Below, one piece after another: positions 30,722-42,145 of a stretch of DNA of 64,000 nt. Both the position numbers and the translations under genes were made by a program. The notes under the pieces are model-generated. The model made no database searches and was not told where the DNA came from. It saw only the letters and a program-made list of their open reading frames with translations. The DNA lies in assembly GCA_963663865.1 (NCBI GenBank), contig OY760686.1, forward strand, positions 96,001 through 160,000, written 5' to 3'. Positions within the stretch are counted from its first letter, which is position 1. Every line of letters starts with the position of its first letter. The stretch is from Spirochaetota bacterium (GTDB lineage Bacteria > Spirochaetota > UBA4802 > UBA5550).

Positions 30722-31825
30722 CTTCACTTTGAAAATATTGATAATGCTGCGCTTGATCCGCTTTGCTTTGATCGACCGTCCCATAATATCACGCTTCTTT
30801 TTAAGCTTCTCGAAAGTGGCCCTCTTTACAATATCCCAGAGCTCGGCACAATCTGAACACTCAGAAAAGTAATCGAGATTCACCTGATATGCCCCTTTAT
30901 ACTTACGGCCCCCCCCTTCGGGCGATATACTTTTAATGATCTCAGAAAGCGATAACGACGCATCGGCGGTCCTCATAGACGCATCAAGGTTCAGCCTTGA
31001 ATTCTTCTTCCTGATTAGCGCAAATACCGTTACGACTGATGCTCTTGTCCTCGTTAAAAGAAAATCAGCTATCAGGGCTATAACATCTCTTTCATGCTCA
31101 TCAATATAGCCTATTCCCGCCATGAGCCAGTCCTTGTGAATGGACTGGTTCTCAGCAGCAATTTCGAGATATTCGCCTATCCGTACATCTATCCCCTTAC
31201 CGGCAATTGTTTTTAGCAGCAGGCTGTCAGATAGCTTTGTCAGAAAATTGATAGCTTTCAAATCAATCTTTCCTGCTCTGCTGTATTTATCCGTGTCCGT
31301 TTGGATTCCGTATAAAAGCGCCGTGTAAAGACGCTTTCTATTCTCTTCTGAAACACCGGCCAATCTGTTTCCCCTCAGCATGAGGGCCAGAATTGTGCAG
31401 GTTGCACCTGCGTCCTGGCGTATCAACCTGAAGTTTACATCTGTGGTAGAATCGACCCTGTCATGGTGGTCAATATGCGCCGCGCAGGGAATAATGCCGG
31501 TAATGCCTTCAACTGCCGGAGCAGGATGATCGACAACTACATATGCGTCGAATTTCTTGATGTCGATTTTGCCGCACTCCTCCTTCAACGGAATATTCAG
31601 CAGGTTGACAAAAGCCGAATTTTGAGGCAGGGAGAGAACGCCCTCACAGCATATCTCAGTCTGGATATCCATAGTCTCGCATATCATGTGAATTGCAAAA
31701 GCGGATGCGATAGCGTCCGGATCAGGTGAGCCTTTAACGTAGACAAGAATAGATCTGTATTTACCAAGCGCCTTAACAAGCGCATAATATTCATTTTTTA
31801 AAAGCTCATTTGCAGGATAACTCAT
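30713..31825 (-). CDS. DHH-family phosphoesterase
   Basis: PDPDAIASA, VVVDH, HIDHH, GATCTI, YGIQTDT, GGG; start ATG 31825 after GGAGG. Confidence 0.88.
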   Translation of the reverse strand: MSYPANELLKNEYYALVKALGKYRSILVYVKGSPDPDAIASAFAIHMICETMDIQTEICCEGVLSLPQNSAFVNLLNIPLKEECGKIDIKKFDAYVVVDHPAPAVEGITGIIPCAAHIDHHDRVDSTTDVNFRLIRQDAGATCTILALMLRGNRLAGVSEENRKRLYTALLYGIQTDTDKYSRAGKIDLKAINFLTKLSDSLLLKTIAGKGIDVRIGEYLEIAAENQSIHKDWLMAGIGYIDEHERDVIALIADFLLTRTRASVVTVFALIRKKNSRLNLDASMRTADASLSLSEIIKSISPEGGGRKYKGAYQVNLDYFSECSDCAELWDIVKRATFEKLKKKRDIMGRSIKAKRIKRSIINIFKVKSK

Positions 31826-32056
31826 ACCGCCTCCGATATAAATTTTAACCAAGCTCCGCAATATTGCAAGCAAAAGAAATTCTCCTTGAAAATATACCGG
31901 CTTGTTTTATCAGCTTGAACTATCGGCTGCGGATTCAACACCCGGCCATAAAAGCTATTGAACCGTCTTTTACATTTGTGGCAATTCCGGGCATTGTTAA
32001 AACAACCCGCTTTACAGCTAAGCGGTTACAATACGCAAAACATAAGCAGGATTATT

Positions 32057-32260
32057 ATGCCTTTCATAAAAATTGAAGGCGTTACAGGAAAGGTCTTTGT
32101 CCCCGAGAGCGGCCCGGCAACCCCGAAGAAACACAACTGCCCGGACTGTCATTCCTGCGCCTTCTGCAGCGATGAAAGATGTTCACTCTGCCTTGGTAAA
32201 AAAACAAAGAAGGAGCCTTGCAAATGTCCAAATTCGAACCCATCAAACCATCAGAAATAA
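32057..32260 (+). CDS. Small Cys-rich hypothetical protein
   Basis: ATG 32057 after AGGA; KHNCPDCHSCAFCSDERCSLC. Confidence 0.55.
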   Translation: MPFIKIEGVTGKVFVPESGPATPKKHNCPDCHSCAFCSDERCSLCLGKKTKKEPCKCPNSNPSNHQK

Positions 32261-32736
32261 CACCTGATCCGTTCAGTTTAATAGGCGAAAACTGGGGCCT
32301 GGTGACGGCCGGAACAGAGGAAAATGCCAATACCATGACTGTTTCCTGGGGCTCTCTGGGCTTTTTGTGGAATATGCCGATATGCAACATCTACATAAGG
32401 CCTGAACGCTACACATATCAGTTCACTGAATCAGAGAATCTTTTCACATTATCCTTTCTGCCGTCTGAATTCCGGAAAGCCCTTCAGTTCTGCGGATCTG
32501 AAACAGGAAGAGGCCGAAACAAGATTTCAGACGCCGGTCTAAGTGCGATTAAACTTGAAAATGGTGGCATTGGAATCACTCAGGCAAACCTGATAATAGA
32601 ATGTGAAAAGATCTACTACAACGACCTTATTCCGGACAATTTTCTCTCCAGCGATATAAACAAATTCTATGAGAGTCATGGCATTCACAGAATGTACACC
32701 GGAAGAATTTTGAGCTGTTTAAGGGCCACTCATTGA
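32224..32736 (+). CDS. Flavin reductase-like (DIM6/NTAB) protein
   Basis: NTMTVSWG, YIRPERYTYQF, FTLSF, CGSETGR, HRMY.G.I; AGGAG RBS. Confidence 0.85.
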   Translation: MSKFEPIKPSEITPDPFSLIGENWGLVTAGTEENANTMTVSWGSLGFLWNMPICNIYIRPERYTYQFTESENLFTLSFLPSEFRKALQFCGSETGRGRNKISDAGLSAIKLENGGIGITQANLIIECEKIYYNDLIPDNFLSSDINKFYESHGIHRMYTGRILSCLRATH

Positions 32737-34124
32737 GCATCGGACAGCCCATTTCACAGGCGTCACGGCATCAGGCTGGCTCATACAGACGTGACCTTGG
32801 TCTTACGGGTGCAACAGCTATCGTTATTGGGCGGATAATCGGTTCCGGGATATTCAGAACCCCCGCCCCCATCATGGCTCTTGTCGGAGCAACATCGCTG
32901 TTTGGGCTTGTATGGGTTATAGGCGGGCTTGTTACGATCTTCGGCGCGGTATGTTACGCTGAACTGGTAGCTATGATGCCTGAATCAGGAGGGCCCTACG
33001 TCTACCTCAGAGAGGCGTACCATCCAGTCTGGGCCTTCCTGCGTGGGTGGGCCATGTTCTTTGTCTCAGAAACCGCCGCTATAGCCGCGGTGGCCATAGT
33101 CTTCGCCGAGTACACAGGCTCCCTGCTTCAGCTATCGACAGGAACGGCGCTCCCGGGCTGGGCAATAACAGCGCTTGCCCTCTTCGCCATATGGATGCTT
33201 ACCGCAATCAACCTTTTCGGTGTTGCTCTCAGCGGACGATTTCAAACGGTGATAAGTTCATTCAAGGTCCTCGCCCTCGGAGCTATAGTCGGCATTGCAT
33301 TCTGCTCCGATGGAAGCACATCAAACTTCAGTTCACCTTTCTGGCCTGACAGCTTCGGCTGGGAAACAATACTCGCGGTAGGCGCCGCGCTTCGCTATTC
33401 ATTCTTCGCTTTCAGCGGCTGGGAAGGAGCGACATATGTTGCGGAAGAGGTAAAAAACCCGTCAAAAAACCTGCCCCTCTCGCTCTTTCTCGGAATAGGC
33501 GGAGTTATGCTTCTCTATGCCGGCGTCAACTCGGCATACATTTACCTCCTGCCGCCTGACCAGATTGCCGTCTCAGAGCGTGTCGCGTCAAGGGCTATGG
33601 ATACAGCAATCGGCGCCACGGGAGGCATTCTGATATCCGCGGCCATTATCATAAATACATTCGGTAACGTCAGCACACAGATTCTCTGCAAGGCCAGAAC
33701 CTGGCAGGCAATGGCAAGAGACGGGGCCTTTTTCAAAAAACTCGCTCCTCTTCATCCCGAGTACGGGACGCCAAATAACGCGCTGATCGCACAGGCCGCA
33801 TGGGCAACAATCCTTCTCATTTTCGCGTCTACTCGTTCGGACACCTACGAAACAATAATATCATTTTTCGCGGCAACCGGCACAGTCTTCAATATCTTGA
33901 CCTTCATGTCAGTGTTTGTACTCAGAAAGAAGTACCCGCATCTGCACCGGCCTTACCGGGCATGGCTCTATCCGTACAGCCTCATAGCAGTCAGCCTGTT
34001 ATACGCTGCGTTTCTCATATTGACATTGTTCACTGCGCTGCTTCCGTCGCTGCTTGGAATTGCAATAACATCTACCGGACTGATATATTATTACCGGTTC
34101 AAAATCAGAGAGGTTTTCAAATAA
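32733..34124 (+). CDS. APC-family amino acid permease
   Basis: IIGSGIFRTP, CYAELVAMMPESGGPYVYLREAY, FAFSGWE, EEVKNPSKNLP, RPYRAW.YP. Confidence 0.93.
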   Translation: MSIGQPISQASRHQAGSYRRDLGLTGATAIVIGRIIGSGIFRTPAPIMALVGATSLFGLVWVIGGLVTIFGAVCYAELVAMMPESGGPYVYLREAYHPVWAFLRGWAMFFVSETAAIAAVAIVFAEYTGSLLQLSTGTALPGWAITALALFAIWMLTAINLFGVALSGRFQTVISSFKVLALGAIVGIAFCSDGSTSNFSSPFWPDSFGWETILAVGAALRYSFFAFSGWEGATYVAEEVKNPSKNLPLSLFLGIGGVMLLYAGVNSAYIYLLPPDQIAVSERVASRAMDTAIGATGGILISAAIIINTFGNVSTQILCKARTWQAMARDGAFFKKLAPLHPEYGTPNNALIAQAAWATILLIFASTRSDTYETIISFFAATGTVFNILTFMSVFVLRKKYPHLHRPYRAWLYPYSLIAVSLLYAAFLILTLFTALLPSLLGIAITSTGLIYYYRFKIREVFK

Positions 34125-34231
34125 TTTTTTTGGGGGATGATATCAACCCGAACAGCAAGTCTATTCGCATGCTCTGCACCTCACATGCCGTGATGAATTC
34201 TTTTGACAATGCATATCAAATTCAACACAAC

Positions 34232-34263
34232 AAAAAAGGTCCCGGAAACCCGGAACCTTTTTT
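34232..34263. terminator. Bidirectional intrinsic terminator
   Basis: AAAAAAGGTCCCGG-AAAC-CCGGAACCTTTTTT between convergent genes. Confidence 0.7.
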
Positions 34264-34316
34264 AATAATCCAAAAAGCTATTTAATCAAGCAGGCAGTCT
34301 CTTACAGAAACCGCTT

Positions 34317-34877
34317 CTATTTAGCAACTTTTTCAACCGATACAATCTCCACAGGTTCAATCGGAACGTTCTGATGGAACCCTACTGTGTCTGTAGGAAC
34401 CTGACGAATTGCATCAACAACATCCATCCCGCCGGTAACCTCTCCGAACACGCAGTAACCGAAATCCCTCTTTCCATTATCAAGAAAAGGATTATCCACC
34501 ACATTAATAAAAAACTGGGAAGTCGCGCTGTCGACCTGCTGTGTTCTCGCCATTGCAAGCGTTCCGCGGCGGTTTTTAAGGCCGTTTTCAGCTTCGTTTT
34601 TTATAGGCGCGGCTGTTTGTTTCTGCATCATTTCAGCGGTAAAGCCTCCGCCCTGCACCATGAAATTCGGTATCACCCTGTGAAAAATAGTCCCATTATA
34701 AAAACCGCTTTCCGCGTATGACAGAAAATTCTTCACAGTAATCGGAGACTCATTGTCAAACAGCTCAACATAGATATCTCCCTTAGTTGTTTTAATTACA
34801 ACATTAGTGTTGTTCTTCTTGCAAGCAGACAATGACATCAGCAGCACTCCCGCAATAATTAGTAATTTCTTCATCAT
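34317..34877 (-). CDS. Cyclophilin-type peptidyl-prolyl isomerase, lipoprotein
   Basis: Lipobox LSA-C; [45 protein letters not shown]. Confidence 0.95.
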   Translation of the reverse strand: MMKKLLIIAGVLLMSLSACKKNNTNVVIKTTKGDIYVELFDNESPITVKNFLSYAESGFYNGTIFHRVIPNFMVQGGGFTAEMMQKQTAAPIKNEAENGLKNRRGTLAMARTQQVDSATSQFFINVVDNPFLDNGKRDFGYCVFGEVTGGMDVVDAIRQVPTDTVGFHQNVPIEPVEIVSVEKVAK

Positions 34878-35131
34878 TCAACTCCAGGGATTGGTCTAGA
34901 GCCGGACCGACCGGCAGCGGCCTCCAGAAGACAGGGCCGGCAATTGAGCTATTCAATACAAGCCGGCAATTTTAGTCAATAAAATTCAGCATTATTTTTT
35001 AAGCTTTGTACGGAACGCTTATTGAGTGTTTTCTCTCCGGCAGGCTTATCTTTCCGGCGGATAAAGCCTGTAATCTGACCCGGCACATCCGCCTTCACTT
35101 GCGCCCGACGACATTGGAAGCCTGAGAACTC

Positions 35132-35977
35132 TCACTTGAACTTCATGGACAGATCAAACGCTTTTACTGAATGAGTAAGCGCCCCCGAAGAAATGTAATC
35201 CACCTCAAGGCTTCTCAACTCATCAATGCTCCTGGCATCGACGTTGCCCGAAATCTCAATCTTTGCCCTGCCGGCAATATTCTCCGCGGCCAGACTCATT
35301 TGGGCGTTGTCCATATTGTCCAGCATAATTATTGATGCGCCGGCGTCGGCAGCTTCTGATGCCTCTTCCGGGGTTGCTGTCTCAACCTCAATTGTATACC
35401 TGTTGCCGTATTTCTCTCTGACCATGTCCACGGCTTTTGATATTGAACCTGCCGCCTTTATATGATTGTCCTTTATCATTACCATATCGAACAGGCCCAT
35501 TCTGTGATTTGTTCCGCCTCCGCATTTAACAGCGTACTTGTCAAGCGCTCTGAATCCGGGAACCGTCTTGCGGGTATCAAGTATTCTTATACGCGTACCC
35601 TGAAGATGCATCACCATTACATTCGCCTTCGTGGCTATTCCAGACATCCTCTGCATGAAGTTCAACACTATTCTCTCACCCATGAGGACAGACCTGGTAG
35701 CCCCTGATATGCTCATAATTATGTCCCCCGGAGAAACCTCCGCACCGTCCTCCTGAAAGGGAATAATTCTCACCTGCGGATCAATCCGGGCATAAACCGC
35801 GGCCGCGACATCTACACCGCAGATTATCCCTCTGTCCTTTGATTCAATATATGCCTCTGATCTATGCTCCTCAGAGAAAATAGCTTCAGAAGTAATATCC
35901 CCCGAAGAAATATCCTCTTCAAGTGCAAGTGAAATCAGTTCATTCAGTCTCGGAGAAACCTTATGCAGGTCAGTCAT
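35132..35977 (-). CDS. nadC: Quinolinate phosphoribosyltransferase
   Basis: [55 protein letters not shown]. Confidence 0.96.
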   Translation of the reverse strand: MTDLHKVSPRLNELISLALEEDISSGDITSEAIFSEEHRSEAYIESKDRGIICGVDVAAAVYARIDPQVRIIPFQEDGAEVSPGDIIMSISGATRSVLMGERIVLNFMQRMSGIATKANVMVMHLQGTRIRILDTRKTVPGFRALDKYAVKCGGGTNHRMGLFDMVMIKDNHIKAAGSISKAVDMVREKYGNRYTIEVETATPEEASEAADAGASIIMLDNMDNAQMSLAAENIAGRAKIEISGNVDARSIDELRSLEVDYISSGALTHSVKAFDLSMKFK

Positions 35978-37995
35978 CTTTTCCTTCCTTTTCCGGCTTT
36001 TTTCAGCAGATTAAGCCTCTTTTCAACATCAACCATCTGGTCTCTAAGTGCGGCAGCTTTTTCAAACTCCATCTCACCCGCAGCCGCGAGCATGTCTTCC
36101 TTGAGCCTGCTCCTGAGAGCCTCAAGGTCTTCGGCAGAACCGGTTCTGTATTCGGATGTGTATTCCGCGACATTGCTTATGTAGCTGTTCTCAGCGATAT
36201 ACTCCCGCTCAAGAATATCCTTTATTTCCTTCACAATAGATTCAGGTACAATGCCGTGCTTCAGATTATGCTCTTCCTGTATTTTACGGCGCCTGTTGGT
36301 TTCGTCAATCGCCTTTTGCATCGATTCAGTTATCTTATCGGCATACATTATTACGCGCCCTTCAACATTTCTTGCGGCACGTCCGGCTGTCTGAATCAGA
36401 GAGCGTTCCGACCGCAGGAAACCTTCCTTATCCGCGTCGAGAATCGCTACGAGCGAAACCTCAGGAATATCAAGGCCTTCACGCAGAAGGTTAATCCCGA
36501 CAAGGCATTCGAACTCGCCCTTTCTGAGATCCTTGATAATTTCAACCCTCTCAATCGTATTTATCTCAGAGTGAAGGTACCGGGCCTTGACCCCGGCATT
36601 GTTAAGGTAATCGGTAAGATCTTCGGCCATCTTCTTGGTCAATGTTGTCACAAGAGTTCTCCGGCCTTTCAAGGCCTCAGCTGAGGTCTCCGCGATCAGG
36701 TCATCAACCTGTGTTCTGGCCGGCCTGACTTCAATCTGCGGATCGAGCAGTCCCGTAGGCCTGATTACCTGCTCAACTACTGTGGAAGACTTTTTCATTT
36801 CGTAATCAGCCGGTGTGGCTGAAACAAAGACTGCCTGCTTGATTATATTCTCGAACTCTTCGAAATAGAGAGGCCTGTTATCCAGGGCCGAAGGCAGACG
36901 GAACCCATACTCAACCAGATTTTCCTTCCGTGACCTGTCTCCCGCGAACATTCCTCTGACCTGAGGTAAAGTGACATGAGACTCATCCACAAAGAGCACA
37001 AAATCCCCTCTGAAGTAGTCGAAAAGGCATGCTGGACGCTCTCCGGGCTTTCTCCTTGCGATTATTCTCGAGTAGTTTTCAATACCGTTGCAGTAACCTG
37101 CCTCCATCAGCATATCAATGTCATAGCGGGTTTTTGTTTCAAGCCTCTGTGCTTCAAGGAGCCTGCCAGCTGACCTGAAGTATTCCAGCCTCTCCTGAAG
37201 CTCCTCGTCAATGAGCCTGACGGTCTCCTCCATCTCTTCAGGAGAAGACACAAAGTGTTTGGCCGGATACACAAAGCAATCTTCTATACCCTTTATTGTG
37301 TTTCCAGAAACGGGATCAATTACAGATATCCTTTCGATCTCATCTCCGAAAAACTCAATCCTCAGGGCCTCATGCTGCAGATACGCCGGATAAATATCAA
37401 CGGTGTCACCCCGAACCCGGAAGGTTCCCCTCGTGAAGGATACGCTGTTTCTCTCATAGTAAATGCCTACAAGTTTTCTAAGAAGCTCATCGCGGTCAAA
37501 TTCATCGCCCGCCCTTAATCTGATATGCCTCTTCTCAAAATCTCCAGGAGTACCAAGGCCATAAATACAGGAAACCGATGAAACAACAATGACATCATCT
37601 CTTTCAAGAATCGACGAGGTTGCTTTAAGACGAAGCCTCTCAATCTCATCGTTAATCGATGCGTCCTTTTCAATGTAAATATCTGAAGATACGACATACG
37701 CCTCGGGCTGATAGTAATCGTAATAGGAGACAAAGTATTCTACGGCATTTTCAGGAAAGAATTCGCTGAACTCACGGTAAAGCTGAGCCGCAAGTGTCTT
37801 ATTGTGAGTTAAAATCAGTGCGGGTTTACCGATCTTTTCGATCGATTTGGCCATTGTATAGGTTTTACCCGAACCCGTGACTCCCACGAGTGTCACCCTG
37901 CTTTCTCCAGAAATAAGGCTGGAAGAAATCCTTTCAATGGCCTGTGCCTGATCGCCAGCCGGCTTATATGATGATACTACCTTGAATTCGCTCAT
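35974..37995 (-). CDS. uvrB: Excinuclease ABC subunit B
   Basis: [49 protein letters not shown]-terminal [12 protein letters not shown]. Confidence 0.98.
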   Translation of the reverse strand: MSEFKVVSSYKPAGDQAQAIERISSSLISGESRVTLVGVTGSGKTYTMAKSIEKIGKPALILTHNKTLAAQLYREFSEFFPENAVEYFVSYYDYYQPEAYVVSSDIYIEKDASINDEIERLRLKATSSILERDDVIVVSSVSCIYGLGTPGDFEKRHIRLRAGDEFDRDELLRKLVGIYYERNSVSFTRGTFRVRGDTVDIYPAYLQHEALRIEFFGDEIERISVIDPVSGNTIKGIEDCFVYPAKHFVSSPEEMEETVRLIDEELQERLEYFRSAGRLLEAQRLETKTRYDIDMLMEAGYCNGIENYSRIIARRKPGERPACLFDYFRGDFVLFVDESHVTLPQVRGMFAGDRSRKENLVEYGFRLPSALDNRPLYFEEFENIIKQAVFVSATPADYEMKKSSTVVEQVIRPTGLLDPQIEVRPARTQVDDLIAETSAEALKGRRTLVTTLTKKMAEDLTDYLNNAGVKARYLHSEINTIERVEIIKDLRKGEFECLVGINLLREGLDIPEVSLVAILDADKEGFLRSERSLIQTAGRAARNVEGRVIMYADKITESMQKAIDETNRRRKIQEEHNLKHGIVPESIVKEIKDILEREYIAENSYISNVAEYTSEYRTGSAEDLEALRSRLKEDMLAAAGEMEFEKAAALRDQMVDVEKRLNLLKKAGKGRKR

Positions 37996-38018
37996 GCTAA
38001 CAGAGAATAAAGAAGAAC

Positions 38019-38453
38019 CTACCTGCCAAGTATTTTTTTCTTTATGCCGGGCTCTCTGAATTCAATAATTACTTCGCAAATCCCGGTTTCGGCATCATAG
38101 GTTTTCTTTAACTCGGTCCCATTCCTGATTGTTCCGGAAAATGACGAACCAGCTTCATTTTTTTCTGCAGTTACCGAATCTGATGCCGCATCCTGACCAC
38201 CGCCATGGCTCATAACGTGCCCCAGGGCGGCAAGCTTCGCCGCGGCGCAGGCGGATTCATGTCTCTGGATCTCATTCATCTGCGAACCGTCACCCTTAGC
38301 CCTGCCATACGCCTTCACACGGTAGATATCATCCCCAACAAAATCGCCCGAAGGTTCAAGTCCTCTCCCGGATAGGTTTCTGTCATTCGCGCAAAAGATT
38401 AACACTCCCGAGGCAAGCAAAATCATAACAATCGCAATTCCTTTCAGTTTCAT
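38019..38453 (-). CDS. LipL21/LPP20-like lipoprotein (paralog 1)
   Basis: Lipobox LIF-C; F+.[25 protein letters not shown].....CE+I.E....G+KKK shared with 40253-40708. Confidence 0.6.
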   Translation of the reverse strand: MKLKGIAIVMILLASGVLIFCANDRNLSGRGLEPSGDFVGDDIYRVKAYGRAKGDGSQMNEIQRHESACAAAKLAALGHVMSHGGGQDAASDSVTAEKNEAGSSFSGTIRNGTELKKTYDAETGICEVIIEFREPGIKKKILGR

Positions 38454-38471
38454 AATATCTCTCCAATTGGT

Positions 38472-39611
38472 TTATGAGCTGGTTACGCGGTTTCTTCCGG
38501 CTCCCTTCGATTCGTACAGGGCTTTATCTGCCAGATCAATCATCTCAATAACATCAGCAGGATTTGACTCGGGATATGACGCGACTCCAACAGAAACAGT
38601 AACTTTAAAAGACTCTCCGCTGAAAACAACGGGCATTGCTTCGATACGCTGCCTCAGCCTCTCGGCGAATGCGGCCGCGTCCGATGCCCCTGTTTCAGGT
38701 AGAATTACCGCAAACTCCTCTCCTCCATATCGGCAGGGGATATCGGCCGCCCTGCAGGTAGTTCGAATGCAGTCAGCCACCGCGCAGATTACCGCGTCTC
38801 CAGCCTGATGTCCGTAGTCATCATTAAACTTCTTGAAAAAGTCGATATCCGCCATTACGAGGGAAAGCCCCCTGTTAAACCTTCTGCACCTTTCAAACTC
38901 TTCAGACAGCCTTTCTCTGAAGTATTTATGTATGTATAGCCTGGTCATACCGTCTCTAATAGCCATGTTATAGAGCTCTGCATTTTTGATAGCAATCGCG
39001 GACTGTGTGGAAATGTACTGCATTATCCTGAGATCAAACGCGTCAAATTGACCGTTCCTTTTGTTTATTCCTTCGATGACTCCGATAATCTCGTCATCAA
39101 CGCTCAGAGGAACAGCAATAATTGAGTTTGTGACAACATTTGAGCGCACATCGGCTTTGTTAGAAAATCTCGGGTCTGCTGCCGGATCGCTTACAATCAG
39201 AGGAGTCCCGTTTGCCCATACAGATCCGGCTATTCCTTCGCCCTTTCTGAGTCCGGTACCCTTCAGCATCCCGGCCTCCTCCTCGCGGCTTAACACAGCG
39301 AACTTTAAAAGAGAGTCATCTTTATCGACCAGAAGCATACTGCTTCTTTCACAGTTAAGAAGATCACGGGTCTGCTGAAGAATCCGCTCGAGAACTTCAG
39401 TTTTTTCGAGAGAATTGGTTATATAGGTGTTTATACTGATTACTCTGTCGAGCTTATCTATAGACTGATTGAGCTCAAGTATAAGCCGTCTGTACTGTTC
39501 AATAAGACTGCATTCGCTGTCGGGCGTAACTCCGTCAGACCGGGAAATAACGCCCGCAAAGAGCTGTCTAACCGGCTGAATACCTGATGTGTTAAGATAT
39601 TTCTTTTTCAT
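38472..39611 (-). CDS. GAF-GGDEF diguanylate cyclase
   Basis: GAF domain; DIDFFKKFNDDYGHQAGD, RAAD I-site, RYGGEEF, ADKALYESKGAGRNRV; start approximate. Confidence 0.93.
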   Translation of the reverse strand: MKKKYLNTSGIQPVRQLFAGVISRSDGVTPDSECSLIEQYRRLILELNQSIDKLDRVISINTYITNSLEKTEVLERILQQTRDLLNCERSSMLLVDKDDSLLKFAVLSREEEAGMLKGTGLRKGEGIAGSVWANGTPLIVSDPAADPRFSNKADVRSNVVTNSIIAVPLSVDDEIIGVIEGINKRNGQFDAFDLRIMQYISTQSAIAIKNAELYNMAIRDGMTRLYIHKYFRERLSEEFERCRRFNRGLSLVMADIDFFKKFNDDYGHQAGDAVICAVADCIRTTCRAADIPCRYGGEEFAVILPETGASDAAAFAERLRQRIEAMPVVFSGESFKVTVSVGVASYPESNPADVIEMIDLADKALYESKGAGRNRVTSS

Positions 39612-39714
39612 TTTGAGCCTATCGGTTAAATATAGATAAATTTTTCTATTCGTCAACAGAAAAGACAAATTATCCTCTCTATTCCAGCATAGTCTTTCTA
39701 CACCGGATGACAAA

Positions 39715-39786
39715 TTTTATTTTTATTTATTATTTATTATTTATTTATGATTTTTGTTGACAGATTCCAGCAACTCAAATTATATG
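39715..39786 (+). promoter_or_regulatory. Sigma70-type promoter with AT-rich UP element for 5S rRNA pair
   Basis: TTAT-rich tract about 39715-39750, TTGACA 39757-39762, 17 bp spacer, TTATAT 39780-39785. Confidence 0.6.
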
Positions 39787-39807
39787 ACATTCATTGGATG
39801 AAATGAT

Positions 39808-39925
<118 letters not shown>

Positions 39926-39996
39926 TTTTATATATATCAGGGCTCACGCCCTTGCAATCATCTTTTTTACGGGCTTAGGCCCTTCTTTGAAACGAT

Positions 39997-40114
<118 letters not shown>

Positions 40115-40173
40115 TTTTATATATATTTAAAAGGGCATACGCCCTCGACATCTATCATAATATCATATATAAC

Positions 40174-40204
40174 AAAAAAAGAACCCATTCAGGGTTCTTT
40201 TTTT
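40174..40204. terminator. Bidirectional intrinsic terminator (5S pair / LipL21-like gene)
   Basis: AAAAAAAGAACCC-ATTCA-GGGTTCTTTTTTT. Confidence 0.85.
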
Positions 40205-40252
40205 ATTGATACCGTCTGGTGAAATTCAATTGAATTTCATTTACTCAGGGAA

Positions 40253-40708
40253 TTACTCCCAGCTTGCTGCCTGTACCTTCTTCTTCAGGCCATTAGCTTT
40301 TACTTCATAGATAATTTCACAGTTATCTTCAGCATCATAGGTTACTTTTGTAACTGATCCGCCTTTAACAACACCCTGTACTTCCTGAGCAACAGCCATT
40401 CCTGTCATTTCAAAGTCAGACATTCCGGCAGCTCCTTCAATTTTTGAGCCTTTGAACTTCTCAAGGACCTGGTACTGAGCGTTAAGAATTGCAGCTCTCT
40501 TTGCGCTCTCTCTTCTCTGGATCTTGTTTGTTAGAGTTCTCTTTGGAACGCCGGCAGCGGCTATTCTGTAAGTGTTCTCATCAATCCAGCCCTCTGTTTT
40601 ATAACTCTGGCCCTCAACTGTTCCGCCTATCCTGCTTCCACCGCAAGATGAAAGTGTCATTGCCAGTACGGCTGAAAGTACAACAGCAAACGCAAGAAAC
40701 TTTTTCAT
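40253..40708 (-). CDS. LipL21-like lipoprotein
   Basis: Lipobox LSS-C; EGW, EKFKGSKIEGAAGMSDFEMTGMAVAQEVQGVVKG resembles recalled LipL21 segment KKMVGETVESASGVSDGEATASVIVSQSQGVVKG. Confidence 0.75.
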   Translation of the reverse strand: MKKFLAFAVVLSAVLAMTLSSCGGSRIGGTVEGQSYKTEGWIDENTYRIAAAGVPKRTLTNKIQRRESAKRAAILNAQYQVLEKFKGSKIEGAAGMSDFEMTGMAVAQEVQGVVKGGSVTKVTYDAEDNCEIIYEVKANGLKKKVQAASWE

Positions 40709-41088
40709 TAAGAATCCTCCTGATGTATTAAAAAAGTTTGTAGAATAGTAATGAAAAAATAAATAAGCATGATAAAATCATGCTCTATTTCTGCTATTTT
40801 TTCATTTCTCGGTATCGCTGAACATATTACCCACATTTCCGGGCAGCGTCAACACTAAATTCCTTTTTTTTACTCTGAACGCCCTCTAAAATATCATGGT
40901 GTTAATGGTTTACCACACCTCCCGAAAGTTTGTATTTTGATGATCCTGGCTGTTAACCAAAATAAAATACAAGCGCCTTTATTAATTTTTCCCAGATATT
41001 GACATAATCTCCGAAATGTTATTGTACTCACACAGAAGCCCGGCTATAGTCCATGAGACTCGAAGCCGCTCAAAATTGGAGGTATTCA

Positions 41089-41499
41089 ATGAATGCAGCA
41101 AAGACATTAATCCTGACAGCCCTTCTGGCAGGCCTTGCATTATCCTGCAAAACGGCTGAACCCGTGGAAGTCAAGCCAGCAGAGTCAGCCCCTGAGGCTG
41201 AACCAGCCCCCGAGCAGATAAAAACGGGATGGTCAGATGAAAATACATACACTGTATCAGCGACCGGATCTGACAGCTACAGTGCCAGAAGAGCAGCAGA
41301 GCACCGTATATTGAAGGACATTGTCAATGTCCGTGTGCGCAACAACAGCCGGTTCACTGACATCACAAGGATAAGAGACGAATTCAGCAAACCCCTGAGA
41401 GATGGAATTATCCTGCGTGAAGAAAAAATCAGCGATGGTGTAAAAATATACTTCCAGATAACAGATGAAGGACTGAAGCAGAAGTTTCAGAGGAAATAA
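41089..41499 (+). CDS. LipL21/LPP20-like lipoprotein (paralog 3)
   Basis: ATG 41089 after GGAGG; lipobox ALS-C; GWSDENTYTVSATG and IYFQITDEGLKQK match 40253-40708. Confidence 0.6.
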   Translation: MNAAKTLILTALLAGLALSCKTAEPVEVKPAESAPEAEPAPEQIKTGWSDENTYTVSATGSDSYSARRAAEHRILKDIVNVRVRNNSRFTDITRIRDEFSKPLRDGIILREEKISDGVKIYFQITDEGLKQKFQRK

Positions 41500-41509
41500 A
41501 TACCGGGGA

Positions 41510-42145
41510 TTAGACGACAATGACTCTTCGGCCTTCCACCCTCAGTCTGTCTTCACAGAAGAGCCTGACTGCCTCAGGAAGTATCCTGTGCTCTTCATTG
41601 AGTATCTTTGCCGCCAGTGTCCTCTCGGTATCGTCAGAGGACACCGCCACCGCTCCCTGAGCAATAATCGGGCCGGTATCGGTTCCCTCATCTATAAAAT
41701 GGGCGGTGCACCCGGCGACCTTCACGCCGTATTCGACCGCCTGTTTCTGGGCGTTGACTCCCGGAAATGATGGAAGCAGGGCCGGATGGATGTTGATAAT
41801 CCTGTCGCGGAAATGCCTTACGAAACGAGGAGTCAAAATCCTCATATAACCGGCAGCGACAACAAGATTGGTCCCCGCTTCTTCAAGAACCTCAATCATC
41901 CGCTCCTCGTGCTCGTCCCTTGACGGGTACTCGCGGGGGTCAATACAAAGCGCTCTGACTCCGATTCTTGCCGCAAGCTCAAGCGCGCCCGCATTCGGCT
42001 TATCTGAAATCAGGATTCCGGTTACGGCATTGATTTTCCCGCGCTGAATTTCTCCGGCAACCGCTTTAAAATTTGATCCTCTACCGGAAACCAGAAAAGA
42101 AACAGTCTTCTGAGGCAGTCCGGCGTTTCTCTTAAAAAATCCCAT
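41510..42145 (-). CDS. purN: Phosphoribosylglycinamide formyltransferase
   Basis: SGRGSN, AGYMRIL, INIHPALLPSFPG, GCTAHF, DTGPIIAQ, EEH. Confidence 0.96.
   Translation of the reverse strand: MGFFKRNAGLPQKTVSFLVSGRGSNFKAVAGEIQRGKINAVTGILISDKPNAGALELAARIGVRALCIDPREYPSRDEHEERMIEVLEEAGTNLVVAAGYMRILTPRFVRHFRDRIINIHPALLPSFPGVNAQKQAVEYGVKVAGCTAHFIDEGTDTGPIIAQGAVAVSSDDTERTLAAKILNEEHRILPEAVRLFCEDRLRVEGRRVIVV

Noticed and set aside
34317-34877. Cyclophilin lipoprotein as the PPI partner of the SprA-like protein
   Set aside because: It is several genes away on the other strand, and the SprA-bound PPI is, as I recall, FKBP-type; there is no supporting evidence here
35923-36684. 253-aa ORF and many other 60-200 aa ORFs antisense to or nested in real genes
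   Set aside because: They overlap well-supported CDSs (for example uvrB) and show no motifs or RBS
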